Positions 26,243 to 35,439 of a stretch of 64,000 bases of DNA are shown piece after piece. This DNA is from Dehalococcoidia bacterium (GTDB taxonomy: Bacteria; Chloroflexota; Dehalococcoidia; Lucifugimonadales; JAGWBF01). The notes beneath the pieces were generated by a model that was given only the letters and a program-made list of their open reading frames with translations, did not search any database and had not been told where the DNA came from. Where the stretch lies: assembly GCA_965220375.1 (NCBI GenBank), contig OZ244824.1:98311-162310 (forward strand), in the 5' to 3' direction. Numbering within the stretch: position 1 is the stretch's first letter; the number at the start of each line of letters is the position of its first letter. A program made the translations under genes and the position numbers.

Positions 26243-27283
26243 TCAGCAATAGGGCAGGCCGTTAAAGTCGTAATGCCCTGGCTTCAAACCAATGTGGTTT
26301 CGCAGGCTGCTTGGCACGCATCCGCTCAAGTCGTTGCCTTGGAGGTACAGACCTTCCAAGTAGAAGAGGCTGCCCAGCTCCGCCGGTATCTCCCCGCTCA
26401 AGTCGTTGTCGCCGAGGTTCAGCCCTACCAGGTTGGAGAGGCTGCCCAGCTCCGCCGGCATCTCCCCGCTCAAGCCGTTGCCGTAGAGGTTCAGAGATGT
26501 CAGGTTGGAGAGGCTGCCCAGCTCTGCCGGTATCTCCCCGCTCAACTGGTTGTTTTCGAGCCACAGCCTTCCCAGGTTGGAGAGGCCGCCCAACTCTGCC
26601 GGTATCTCCCCGCTCAAGTAGTTTTCGTTGAGGGACAGCGCTTCCAGGTTGGAGAGGCTGCCCAGCTCCGCCGGTATCTCCCCGCTCAAGTCGTTGCGGC
26701 CGAGGCTCAGCCTTGTAACGCGCCCGTCGTCGTCGGTGGTGACGCCCTCCCATTCGCCGAGGGGAGCGTCGCTCAGCCAGTTGTCGCTTTCATACCATGT
26801 CTCACCGTTCGTTGCGTTGTAGACGGCAACCAGCGCTTCACGGTCCGTTTCGTCGGAGGTCGGCCCAGTGGCGGGCGGCGCAGTCGCATCGGTGGCGGTA
26901 GTCGCGTCCCCTGACCCTGTCGTGGTAGGCGTCCGTGCGGGGGAGACCGGCGTCTCCGTTGGCGTGGACGCGGTCCGGTCGGGGCCTGTCACGCCGGACG
27001 GCTCATCAGAGCCGCAGGCCGCGAGCGCTGCCGTAAGGGCCAGCGCAAGGACAAAGCTCAACAGGGTCACATATCTTGTCGTGCGTGTACGGGTTATTTT
27101 CTTTCCCTCCCGTTCTTGACCGGCGCCATAGTCACCACGCGCTGGGAGCGCCGTCTCTATTCCATCTACTGGCCTGTCGAACGCCAAGCGGACATCTCCG
27201 AACTTCATTGGCAAAAGTACCCCAGCCATTTTAAACCCCGTGTCATATGAGACGTGTAATAAGTAGCCCCCTTTGTATATCAA
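26243..27283 (-). CDS. LRR lipoprotein (about 6 LRRs); start uncertain (candidates ATG 27208, GTG 27070)
   Basis: KKITRTRTTRYVTLLSFVLALALTAALAACGSDEP signal. PT-rich linker. N-cap DREALVAVYNATNGETWYESDNWLSDAPLGEWEGV. C-cap GCVPSSL...FNGLPYC. The upstream part of the ORF lies in a repeat shared with 32566-32931. Confidence 0.85.
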   Translation of the reverse strand: MIYKGGYLLHVSYDTGFKMAGVLLPMKFGDVRLAFDRPVDGIETALPARGDYGAGQEREGKKITRTRTTRYVTLLSFVLALALTAALAACGSDEPSGVTGPDRTASTPTETPVSPARTPTTTGSGDATTATDATAPPATGPTSDETDREALVAVYNATNGETWYESDNWLSDAPLGEWEGVTTDDDGRVTRLSLGRNDLSGEIPAELGSLSNLEALSLNENYLSGEIPAELGGLSNLGRLWLENNQLSGEIPAELGSLSNLTSLNLYGNGLSGEMPAELGSLSNLVGLNLGDNDLSGEIPAELGSLFYLEGLYLQGNDLSGCVPSSLRNHIGLKPGHYDFNGLPYC

Positions 27284-27436
27284 TATTTGTACGATCTTGC
27301 TCCCAGACGGTAAAATGGCGTGCGGACGGTCCGGAGAGATCGAATCCGGCCATGAATCAGCCGGCCCTATGGCTGATTACAGTGTCAGATTGAAGGTAAT
27401 GCTGAAAGTTCTTGATTTCGTCAAGCCTGGTGGGCC
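27120..27436 (+). repeat. R1 module copy c6 (hairpin core 27402-27436 plus about 280 nt inner arm), paralogous to 32745-33014
   Basis: Near-collinear with 32745-33014, e.g. TTGCTCCCRGACGGTAAAATGGCG..GTCGAATCCGGCCATGAATCAGCC.GCCCTATGGCTG.TTACAGTG.CAGATTGAAGGTAATG.TGAA.GTTCTTGATTT.GTCAAG. Contains hairpin AATCAGCC-N8-GGCTGATT. Confidence 0.85.
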
Positions 27437-27597
27437 TATTTTGACGATAAACAGAACTATCTTCGAGATGTGGCTGCCCCTATAGGGCATTCAGCGCCCC
27501 AGAGCCCGGGAGCTAAACTGTTACCCCGTCCCCTACACTCTGGAGTTATAGAGTGTGGAGTACGACCAAGAACCAGGGCCATACCCGGGCTCCCGAC
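27429..27597 (-). repeat. C repeat, copy 2 (perfect inverted copy of 3645-3813)
   Basis: The reverse complement is identical to 3645-3813 by manual comparison. It is contiguous with the c6 core. Confidence 0.85.
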
Positions 27598-27651
27598 TTC
27601 ATTCTGAGTCCTTCCGGAATTCCGTAATGTAATCGGTAGTCTTACGTACGC

Positions 27652-28944
27652 CTAAGAAGTTTGAGATACTTTCATCTTGACCCGTTCCGAATGGCTTGTA
27701 CCGCCGAGTCTGACGAAAAGCAGGACGGCCACCGACAACACTGGCAGGACCATCATCAGGATGATGCCAAGGTTATACGTCCCGGTGAGGCTGTGAAACA
27801 CCGCTAAGGGCAGGGGGCCAACCGCCGAGGCACAAATGGAAATGGTCATTGCCGGCCCCTGAATCCGGCCTAATCCGATACGGCCGTAATAGTGAGCCCA
27901 TATAGTGCCATGGACAATGGTGTAGGACCCTCCGGAGACACCCATCAACACCACATAGACCATTGCCAAGAACATCGAGTTGAATACTGCAGCCAGTGCC
28001 AAGGTTGCTAACAGGATGGCCATCGAGAAAACAAGGAGGGCCTTTGGGCCGACTCGGTCCGCTACGAACCCAGTGGCCAGCGAGCTAACCGCGGATGCGG
28101 CGGAGTAAATTGTAAAGACTGCCGCCGCAAGGGTTGCACTCAGCCCGTTCTCTTGGAAGATGGATGTCTGGTGGAAGATCAGCGCCGTTGTAACGAGGCT
28201 CGGCGAGCTTAGCGACAACGCCAGCAGCCAGAAACTGGGAGACCTGTAAACCCTGGTATCCCTACGGACTCCGGCCATCTCCGGCCTGGTCTCTGAGACG
28301 GGTGGGTGTGACAGGCCATCCGGGAACAAACCTACATCTTCGGGCCGGTTTCTGACGATCAATAACACCACGGGAACAATCAGTGCAATTACAGCCACGC
28401 CAAGTACAGCGTAAGCCCCGCGCCAGCCGATGCTGTCAATCAGGACTCTGACAAACGGGGGCAATAGAGCGGTGGAGATCACCGCTCCCATGGTCATCAA
28501 GCCGATGGCCCGGCCTCGCCGCGAGACGAACCATTGGTTCACCAGCAGGATGCAATTGATGCTTAAGGAGCCCTGGCCCAGAGCACGCAAACCAGCGAAT
28601 ACGATGAAGAAGAGGAGAATGTTAGTGGCAGTAGCCATACCGAGGCACACTGCACCGAGTCCCAATCCGGCGGCTGCCAACATTATTCTCGGCCCGTAAC
28701 GGTCAGCAAGGCGGCTCACGAATGTGACCAGGACGGCGCTTAGTACGGTGCTTGCGGTGTACAGAATTGAAATTCCGGTGCGGGACAGCCTGGTATCTTC
28801 GATAATGGAATCAATGAATACCGAGAAAACGTAAGACTGACCCGGGCCGGTGCAAAATATGACCAACCCAGCTGCCCCGACTATGAACCATCCATAGTAA
28901 ACGCGGTGGCCGGGCTTGGGATGGAGTCCAGTTAGTCGGTCCAT
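27652..28944 (-). CDS. MFS transporter (12 TM type)
   Basis: Twelve hydrophobic segments and an MFS-like loop motif (ADRYGPR). Confidence 0.8.
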   Translation of the reverse strand: MDRLTGLHPKPGHRVYYGWFIVGAAGLVIFCTGPGQSYVFSVFIDSIIEDTRLSRTGISILYTASTVLSAVLVTFVSRLADRYGPRIMLAAAGLGLGAVCLGMATATNILLFFIVFAGLRALGQGSLSINCILLVNQWFVSRRGRAIGLMTMGAVISTALLPPFVRVLIDSIGWRGAYAVLGVAVIALIVPVVLLIVRNRPEDVGLFPDGLSHPPVSETRPEMAGVRRDTRVYRSPSFWLLALSLSSPSLVTTALIFHQTSIFQENGLSATLAAAVFTIYSAASAVSSLATGFVADRVGPKALLVFSMAILLATLALAAVFNSMFLAMVYVVLMGVSGGSYTIVHGTIWAHYYGRIGLGRIQGPAMTISICASAVGPLPLAVFHSLTGTYNLGIILMMVLPVLSVAVLLFVRLGGTSHSERVKMKVSQTS

Positions 28945-29281
28945 TTCATACGACTGACTGGTGGGTAAGGAGGGGAAGGCCGGACCAGGTCCACATTACC
29001 CCTGGTGATCACGATCATACGTTTTCCTGAAAAAGGGTGACAACAGCAGCACTCTGGAGGACTTGACCGTCAGCGTGGTGTTGATGCGAAGCGCTACGGG
29101 TAACTGAGTACGCCTTTGCCTGAGATTAACCTGGTTTCTCTTTGGAGTTCTTAGACTTGTCAATGGATACGTTCGGGCTATGACGGGTCCCGATGGCTTA
29201 CCGCCCAGGCGCCTCTCCACCTTTTAAAAGGGAATGGGAGTTGATGCTGCGTCCAGCATTGAGTGTCTTCTTTTGAATTTG

Positions 29282-30467
29282 TGACCTTACCCCAAAGTTA
29301 GTATCACCGGCTAGTAGAGTCCAGCCAAAGATCCAGCAAACTCTTTGGGTGTTCTTCCCTTCAGGGAGCTGTGAGGCCTGACCTCGTTGTAGTCCTGCCG
29401 CCAGTTCTCTATGATCTCCCTGGCGTGCCTCACGCTCATGAACCAGTTGGTGTTGAGGCACTCATCCCGTAGCCGGCCGTTGAAGCTCTCAGCAAAGGCG
29501 TTCTCTACTGGCTTGCCAGGCCGGATGAAGTTCAATTTGACGCCCATCCTGTATGCCCACTCATCCATGACCTTGCCTGCGAACTCCGGACCGTTATCTA
29601 CGGTGATCACCTCTGGCAGTCCCCTTGTCTCCGCCAGTCTCTCCAGGATCCCCACCACTCTGGCGCCACCCATGGATGTGTCCACCTAGATGGCCGGGCA
29701 CTCCCGGGAGTAGTCATCCACTATGGCCAGTGCACGGAAGCGCCGTCCAGTCACCGTACTGTCAGAGACAAAGTCCATGGACCACCGCTGGTTGGGTCGC
29801 ACGGGTGATGGAATGGCCTCTCGAACTCTTGCAGCCCCTTTACGCCTTCTCTTCCTCCTCAGGGCAAGCCCCTCTTCACTGTATATGCGCTCTGTACGCT
29901 TGTGATTGACCACCAGGCCCTCTCTCTTCAGCATGATGTGCAACCTGGGACTCCCAAAGCGCTTCCTCTCACCCGCCAACCCACGCATCCTTAGGCGCAG
30001 GTCACCATCATCACCCCGCATTGACCTGTACCGGTAGATCGAGGGTGAGATGCCAGCCAGTTGACAGGCCTTCCTCTCGCTCAGCCCAAGACTCTCCGTA
30101 GCATATTTCACCGCCATCCTCCTCATCTTGGGCTTCAGAAGTTTTTTGTTCCTTCAGGGCCCAGTTATCCAATGTCTGCTGCGCGACAATCTGCTTCAGA
30201 CGCTGGTTCTCTTCTTCAAGGGACCTCAGTCTCTTCAGTTCATTCATCGTCAATCCAGCGTATTTGGCCTTCCACTTGTAGAAGGTGGCCTCGCTCATGC
30301 CGTGCTTCCGACACAGATCCCCAGTCTTGGCCCCAGCCTCTGCCTCATTCAAGACCCCAATGATCTGCTCCTCTGTGTACCTCTTCCGTGTCATCAGTCC
30401 TCCTTGTGAATCCCATTCTATTGGAGGACTCTCTTTGCCACTGATACTGTTTTCGGGGGTAAGGTCA
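29282..30467 (-). mobile_element. IS-C: IS3-family element, 1186 bp, defective
   Basis: Terminal IRs TGACCTTACCCCAAAGTTAGTATCAC (29282-) and reverse complement TGACCTTACCCCCGAAAACAGTATCAG (-30467). orfA/orfB layout. An A6 run at 30142-30147 sits where the frames overlap, but orfB is +1 relative to orfA. Confidence 0.8.
29311..30394 (-). pseudogene. IS-C transposase orfA-orfB with in-frame TAG in the DDE core
   Basis: OrfA MTRKRYTEEQIIGVLNEAEAGAKTGDLCRKHGMSEATFYKWKAKY (AAGGAGG RBS). OrfB ..[72 protein letters not shown]. The stop is at 29686-29688. Confidence 0.85.
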
Positions 30468-30685
30468 GCATGTCTGGTGCCGTTGGCCGTCAGGTAGTAT
30501 CTCTGGCTCGAAGGCAGGTGGGCAGTCCCGTGGCTCACGCGCCCGGCGATGCCGTCGGCCAGCAGGTCGGACAGTACTCGGTGGACCGTGGCGTGAGGTT
30601 CGCCCAAGGTGCCTGCCAATTCCGCCGAATCGACGAACGGCGTCCGGCTGAGAGGGTCAAGTAGCTGTTGGTCGGACAGGGCCAT
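30468..30685 (-). pseudogene. N-terminal winged-helix-like gene fragment truncated by IS-C
   Basis: MALSDQQLLDPLSRTPFVDSAELAGTLGEPHATVHRVLSDLLADGIAGRV...YYLTANG runs straight into the IS-C terminal repeat. Confidence 0.45.
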
Positions 30686-30901
30686 GTTTCGAGCGTAGCA
30701 AAGGAGGGCCACGCTGTGCATCCGTCACATGGCAGCGCCGGTGTGTGGGAAGGCAGCGGACGCCGTTCTCCTCGGCCAAGGAGCGGTCAAACCGCCGTCA
30801 ACAGGGAGGCCGACGGAAGGAGAGGCTGATACCCGTTTCTTGGCGGCGCCCGATGTGCCATAGCCAACACGCGCTCGGAGCGCATTCCGGACGATATGCT
30901 G

Positions 30902-32134
30902 TCAGCCCCCGCCTGAGGGCGCGTCGCTTAAGCAGAAGCCACGATAGGTGTCGGTAGTAACGTTGGACCCCAACTGGTCTCGCAGGCTGCTTGGTATGCA
31001 CCCGCTCAAGTCGTTCTGGCCGAGGTGCAGATGTGTCAGGTTGGAGAGGCTGCCCAACCACGCCGGTATCTCCCCGCTCAAGGCGTTCTCGGTGAGCCAC
31101 AGCTGTGTCAGGTTGGAGAGGCTGCCAAGCTCCGCCGGTATCTCCCCGCTCAAGTCGTTGTAGGAGAGTTCCAGCACTGTCAGGTTGGAGAGGCTGCCGA
31201 ACTCCGGCGGTATCTCCCCGGTCAACCAGTTCACGCTGAGGTTCAGATATTCCAGGTTGGAGAGGCTGCCAAGCTCCGCCGGTATCTCCCCGCTCAAGTC
31301 GTTGCTGTGGAGGTACAGATATATCAGGTTGGAGAGGCTGCCCAGCTCTGCCGGTATCTCCCCGCTCAACTCGTTCTTGTTGAGGTACAGCTCTATCAGG
31401 TTGGAGAGGCTGCCCAGCTCTGCCGGTATCTCCCCGCTCAACTCGTTCTTGTTGAGGTACAGCTCTATCAGGTTGGAGAGGCTGCCCAGCTCCGCAGGTA
31501 TCTCCCCGCTCAACTCGTTGTTGCCGAGGTACAGCTCTGTCAGGTTGGAGAGGCTGCCCAGCTCCGCCGGTATCTCCCCGCTCAACCCGTTCTTGTTGAG
31601 GTACAGCTCTGTCAGGTTGGAGAGGCTGCCCAGCTCCGCAGGTATCTCCCCGCTCAACCCGTTCTGGTTGAGGTCCAGTGTCTCCAGCCTGGAGAGACTG
31701 CCCAGCTCCGCAGGTATCTCCCCGAGCAAGCGGTAGCCGCTGAGGTTCAGCCCTATAACGCGCCCATCGTCGTCAGTGGTGACGCCCCCCCATTCGCCGA
31801 GGGGTGCGTCGCTCAGCCATTTGGCATTGTCTCCGCCGTAGATCTCAGACGAAAGCCATTGCCAACCTGCCGTTGCGTTGTGGAGGGCAACCAGCGCCTC
31901 CCGGTCTGCTTCGACGGAGTCGGAGGCCGCGGGCGGCTCTGTCGCAGGCGCATCGGTGGCGGTGGGCGCGTCCACTGCCCCTGTCGTGGAAGGCGTCCGT
32001 GCGGGGGAGGCCGGCGTCTCCGTTGGGGTAGACGCGGTCCGGTCGGGGCCTGTCACGCCGGACGGCTCATCGGAGCCGCAGGCCGCGAGCGCTGCCGTAA
32101 GGGCCAGCGCAAGGACAATGCTCAACAGGGTCAC
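30902..32134 (-). CDS. LRR lipoprotein (about 11 LRRs)
   Basis: GTG start. LALALTAALAACGSDEPSGVTGPDRTASTPTETP is nearly identical to the 26243 paralog. C-cap GCIPSSL.....YRGFC. Confidence 0.9.
   Translation of the reverse strand: MTLLSIVLALALTAALAACGSDEPSGVTGPDRTASTPTETPASPARTPSTTGAVDAPTATDAPATEPPAASDSVEADREALVALHNATAGWQWLSSEIYGGDNAKWLSDAPLGEWGGVTTDDDGRVIGLNLSGYRLLGEIPAELGSLSRLETLDLNQNGLSGEIPAELGSLSNLTELYLNKNGLSGEIPAELGSLSNLTELYLGNNELSGEIPAELGSLSNLIELYLNKNELSGEIPAELGSLSNLIELYLNKNELSGEIPAELGSLSNLIYLYLHSNDLSGEIPAELGSLSNLEYLNLSVNWLTGEIPPEFGSLSNLTVLELSYNDLSGEIPAELGSLSNLTQLWLTENALSGEIPAWLGSLSNLTHLHLGQNDLSGCIPSSLRDQLGSNVTTDTYRGFCLSDAPSGGG
31325..31468 (-). repeat. Two identical 72-bp LRR-coding units
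   Basis: TCAGGTTGGAGAGGCTGCCCAGCTCTGCCGGTATCTCCCCGCTCAACTCGTTCTTGTTGAGGTACAGCTCTA is repeated back to back and encodes LSNLIELYLNKNELSGEIPAELGS twice. Confidence 0.9.
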
Positions 32135-32269
32135 GTATCTTGTCGTGTGTGTACTGGTAATTTTCTTTCCCTCCCGTTCTTACCGGCCCCATCAGGCCGG
32201 TCTGAACCAACCCGGGATAGGTGTGGCGGCCGGAGCGGTAGCCGGGGCCGTTGGAAGCGTGGTGGCAGG

Positions 32270-32569
32270 CTAGGAAGGCACGTTACTGCAGGCTTCGTCG
32301 CGGCTCGCCTTCAGGTCTTCGATCGGAGCGACGGAACTCACATAGATGAACTGCGCCTTGGCCTCATCCATATTGTTGGCGGTGGGGAACGTCATGAGCA
32401 TGCTTGCCTCGAAGACTTCAGTGTTCCCCTGAGTCCAGCAGTCCCAGGTCTGATTGAGGATGTCCTCCTTGCTCTCGCCGCCTCCGCAGGCGGCCAGGAC
32501 TAGGATGGACGCCAAGATACACATAAGTGGAATGGCGATAAACAGAAAGGGTTGGGAGTGGATTCTCAA
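32270..32569 (-). CDS. Small hypothetical lipoprotein
   Basis: Signal ILASILVLAACGGGE. It is preceded by the same upstream module as the 26243 LRR gene. Confidence 0.55.
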   Translation of the reverse strand: MRIHSQPFLFIAIPLMCILASILVLAACGGGESKEDILNQTWDCWTQGNTEVFEASMLMTFPTANNMDEAKAQFIYVSSVAPIEDLKASRDEACSNVPS

Positions 32570-32744
32570 CGTTCGTTCCTAGTAGTAGTTGGCCTGCCGC
32601 CGGAAGGTCCTGCCACAGGCTTCGGCCTGCGCCCATCTATGTCACGGAAGGATGTGGAGGGAGCCGGAAGCGGCTGTGGGGCTAGGCCAGAAGGACAATC
32701 AGGGGGCGGCGTTTGCACTAGACCGCCGTGGACGGCGGCCCCAA

Positions 32745-33014
32745 GCGCGGTCGCCGTCTCTATTCCATCTACTGGCCTGTCGAACGCCAAGCGGACATCT
32801 CCAAACTTCATTAGCCAAAGAACCCGATTCATTATACACCCTGTCCCATATGAGGTGTATAGTAATCTACCCCTTTGCTCCCGGACGGTAAAATGGCGCG
32901 CGGACGGCCCGGCGAGGTCGAATCCGGCCATGAATCAGCCTGCCCTATGGCTGCTTACAGTGCCAGATTGAAGGTAATGGTGAAGGTTCTTGATTTTGTC
33001 AAGTCTGATGGGCC
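32745..33014 (+). repeat. R1 module copy c7 (hairpin core 32980-33014 plus inner arm), paralogous to 27120-27436
   Basis: See 27120-27436. On the minus strand it contains a perfect TATAAT (reverse complement of 32830-32835) at the place where c6 has TAAAAT. Confidence 0.85.
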
Positions 33015-33400
33015 TGAGCGTACCGAATTGCGAACTGTTCGGTGGGAGGTCCTGTTATGACGCTTCCAGGTTGGCGGACCGAAGATTGGTTTCTCAAAGT
33101 TCTACATCGCTAGACCACTCTTGCCTTGAATTCACGATGAAGTCCGATGGGCTTGCTCTTAAGGCGGTACCTGAGGTGTCTTCTAGGGGGTGGGGCGCTT
33201 TCACCGGCTCCTCAGGCAGTGGGTGATTCCGGCGACTTGAGTAGCGCTTCCCTTCTCGCTGACGACCTACACTCTTCGGGTTCGTGAATTCCGCACTGCA
33301 GAACAACCGTCGCTGAAGCAGGCGAGGTCCTAGTCACCTGGAAGTTCGCACCCTCGTACCGTTAGGTTCTATTATCCATGAGTGTTCTTCTGTCTTTCCT

Positions 33401-34054
33401 TCACAGCAGCCGCGGACTCTGGTTCCCGGAGGCCCGGTTCAGGGCTTCTGCGTCGCAGACTGCCATCTGATCGGCGGAGTAGGGCCGCAGCAGTTCCGTG
33501 AGAACTCCGGGGTCCTGTATCTGCTCGTCCAGCCACATCTCCTCCGTCTCCTTGGGCAGGACGACTGGCATCCGGTCATGGATGGGACCAATCAGGTCAT
33601 TGGCTGCGGTGGTGATTATGGTGCAGCTGGGTATTAGCGTGCCTGAAGGGGCCTTCCACGTCTCCCAGAGCCCAGCAAAAGCAAAGGGTTCTCCTGAAGC
33701 CAGGGAGATTCGCATGGGACGCTTGCCGTTGGGCGTTTTCTGCCACTCGTAGAAGGCGTCGGCCAGCATCAGGCAGCGCCGCCGCCTCAGCGCCGTGCGG
33801 AAGGCTGGCTTCCCCGCCACCGTCTCGCCCCGGGCGTTGAACATGCGGGAGCCCACCGACAACTCATTGGTCCACGAGGGCACCAGGCCCCAGCGCATCA
33901 CCTCAGCCTGGCGGGGGCCGCTGCCTCGCACGGTTAAGACCCGACTGGTGGGGGCAATGTTGTGGTAGGGAGAGTAGTCCTGGAACTCCTCATCGAAGGA
34001 GAACCGGCTTTGAAGGTCCCGCAGGTCGGCTATCAGGCTGTAACGTCCGCACAT
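33401..34054 (-). CDS. SOS-response-associated peptidase (SRAP/YedK family)
   Basis: The N-terminal MCGRYSL catalytic Cys2 signature plus ..WGLVPSW and ..NARGETV..KPAFR motifs. Confidence 0.85.
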   Translation of the reverse strand: MCGRYSLIADLRDLQSRFSFDEEFQDYSPYHNIAPTSRVLTVRGSGPRQAEVMRWGLVPSWTNELSVGSRMFNARGETVAGKPAFRTALRRRRCLMLADAFYEWQKTPNGKRPMRISLASGEPFAFAGLWETWKAPSGTLIPSCTIITTAANDLIGPIHDRMPVVLPKETEEMWLDEQIQDPGVLTELLRPYSADQMAVCDAEALNRASGNQSPRLL

Positions 34055-34254
34055 TTCCTGTCCATTTTACCCGATCCGCCATCTATAGGAGCATATTAGG
34101 TGACACCAGGGAGGAACGGGGCGTCTGAGCCCGCGACGCCGGCAAGAGCATAAGTTTTCCCTCATGTTCCTGATTAAGTTTAACGACCCTTCCGATATAA
34201 TGCTTGAACAATGATCCGTGAAGCTATTGAGCAACTAGTGATCGCGGCCGCAGC

Positions 34255-35359
34255 TTGGGCATGGCGGAGGGCGCCTCCGGTGTCTTCGGCAACGGTCAGG
34301 AACAGAAGGCAAAGAACGACGACGCCCTGGTGGCCCGCCTGTACCAGGAGATCGGGCAGCTGAAGGTGGAGCGGGATTTCCTGGCGGAGAGGTCCGGTCC
34401 ATTACCCCGGCACGTCGGCGGCAGATGGTGGATCGGGAACACTCTAAGCTGCCGATAGTGCGGCAGTGCGCGTTGCTGGGGGTAACCCGTTCCAGCATCT
34501 ACTACCGCCCCAGGATGGCCTCGGAAGAGGATCTGTCCCTGATGGGCGAGATCGACCGGCAGTACCTGGAGACGCCTTTCTACAGGTCGAGGCGGATGAG
34601 GGCCTGGCTGGAGAGGCGCGGTGTACAGGTGAACCGGAAGCGGGTGCAGCGTCTGATGCGAGTCATGGGGCTAAGGGCCATCTACCGGCGTCCCAGCACC
34701 AGCCGAAGGTCGGCGGAGCACCCGGTTTATCCCTACCTGCTGAGGAATGCCAAAATAACCCAGCCCAACCAGGTGTGGGCGGCGGACATCACCTACCTGC
34801 CCATGGCCCGAGGGTTCCTCTATCTGGTGGCGGTAATGGACTGGTACAGCCGGTACGTGTTGGCCTGGAGATTGTCCAACACTCTCGACGCCGGCTTTTG
34901 CGCCGGGGCTCTGGAGGAGGTTCTGGGCATGAACAAGCCGGAGGTGTTCAATACCGACCAGGGAAGCCAGTTCACCAGCCTGGAGTTCACCCAGATCCTC
35001 CAGGACCGAGGTGTGAAGATCAGCATGGACGGGAAGGGCCGGTACTCTGACAACATCTTTGTGGAGAGGCTGTGGCGGACGGTGAAGTACGAAGAGGTGC
35101 ACCTGAAAGCCTACGCCAACATCCCGGAGGCCCAGAGGGGGCTGGAAGACTATTTCCGGTTCTACGACGAGCTGAGGCCCCATCAGGCCCTGGGCTACCG
35201 GACCCTGGCCGAGGTGTTCCATGGAGAGCAGGGGATCGGGGAAGGGGAGTATAGTGGAAGGAGATCTTCACCGGGTACCAGCGCAGAACGACCGACAGGA
35301 GCACCGGGATTCTCACTTAACTCTGCCCTAATTCTGTCTAAATAACCGGGTCCACCTCA
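34255..35359 (+). mobile_element. IS-B copy 2, 5'-truncated (lacks the left IR and most of orfA)
   Basis: Homology to copy 1 starts inside orfA (..EGASGVFGN.Q..K.KNDDALVARLYQEIGQLKVERDFLAERSGP) and ends at the right IR CCGGGTCCACCTCA (35346-35359). Confidence 0.85.
34425..35345 (+). CDS. IS-B copy 2 OrfB (rve DDE core, apparently intact ORF)
   Basis: 306 aa, collinear with 4006-4947. The DDE-region motifs are conserved. It cannot be expressed as OrfAB because orfA is truncated. Confidence 0.75.
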   Translation: MVDREHSKLPIVRQCALLGVTRSSIYYRPRMASEEDLSLMGEIDRQYLETPFYRSRRMRAWLERRGVQVNRKRVQRLMRVMGLRAIYRRPSTSRRSAEHPVYPYLLRNAKITQPNQVWAADITYLPMARGFLYLVAVMDWYSRYVLAWRLSNTLDAGFCAGALEEVLGMNKPEVFNTDQGSQFTSLEFTQILQDRGVKISMDGKGRYSDNIFVERLWRTVKYEEVHLKAYANIPEAQRGLEDYFRFYDELRPHQALGYRTLAEVFHGEQGIGEGEYSGRRSSPGTSAERPTGAPGFSLNSALILSK

Positions 35360-35439
35360 GTCAAGCGTTTTGGCACACACGTATATAATTCCCAATAGAA
35401 ACGGGATATGGCTGCAGAATACGACCTTTCGTTCCGGGT

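Noticed and set aside
86-33014. R1 cores as integron attC sites, Tn3-type terminal repeats or tRNA/tmRNA fragments.
   Set aside because: There is no IntI gene and no GTTRRRY core site. The resemblance of ..TTCACGYT.. to the inner end of Tn3-family IRs is short, and homology continues beyond both sides of the core, so it is not a terminus. T-loop-like strings (GATTCGA, GGTTCGAG) occur in the flanks but no cloverleaf or tmRNA features can be folded.
34234-34251. Polylinker-like ACTAGTGATCGCGGCCGC (SpeI and NotI sites 4 nt apart) exactly at the truncation point of IS-B copy 2, suggesting vector contamination or a chimeric join.
   Set aside because: The string does not match any vector polylinker I can recall exactly. 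The flanks look native (SRAP promoter region on one side, IS-B on the other), and GC-rich 8-mers are not rare in this DNA. It is still worth a read-level check of the junction.
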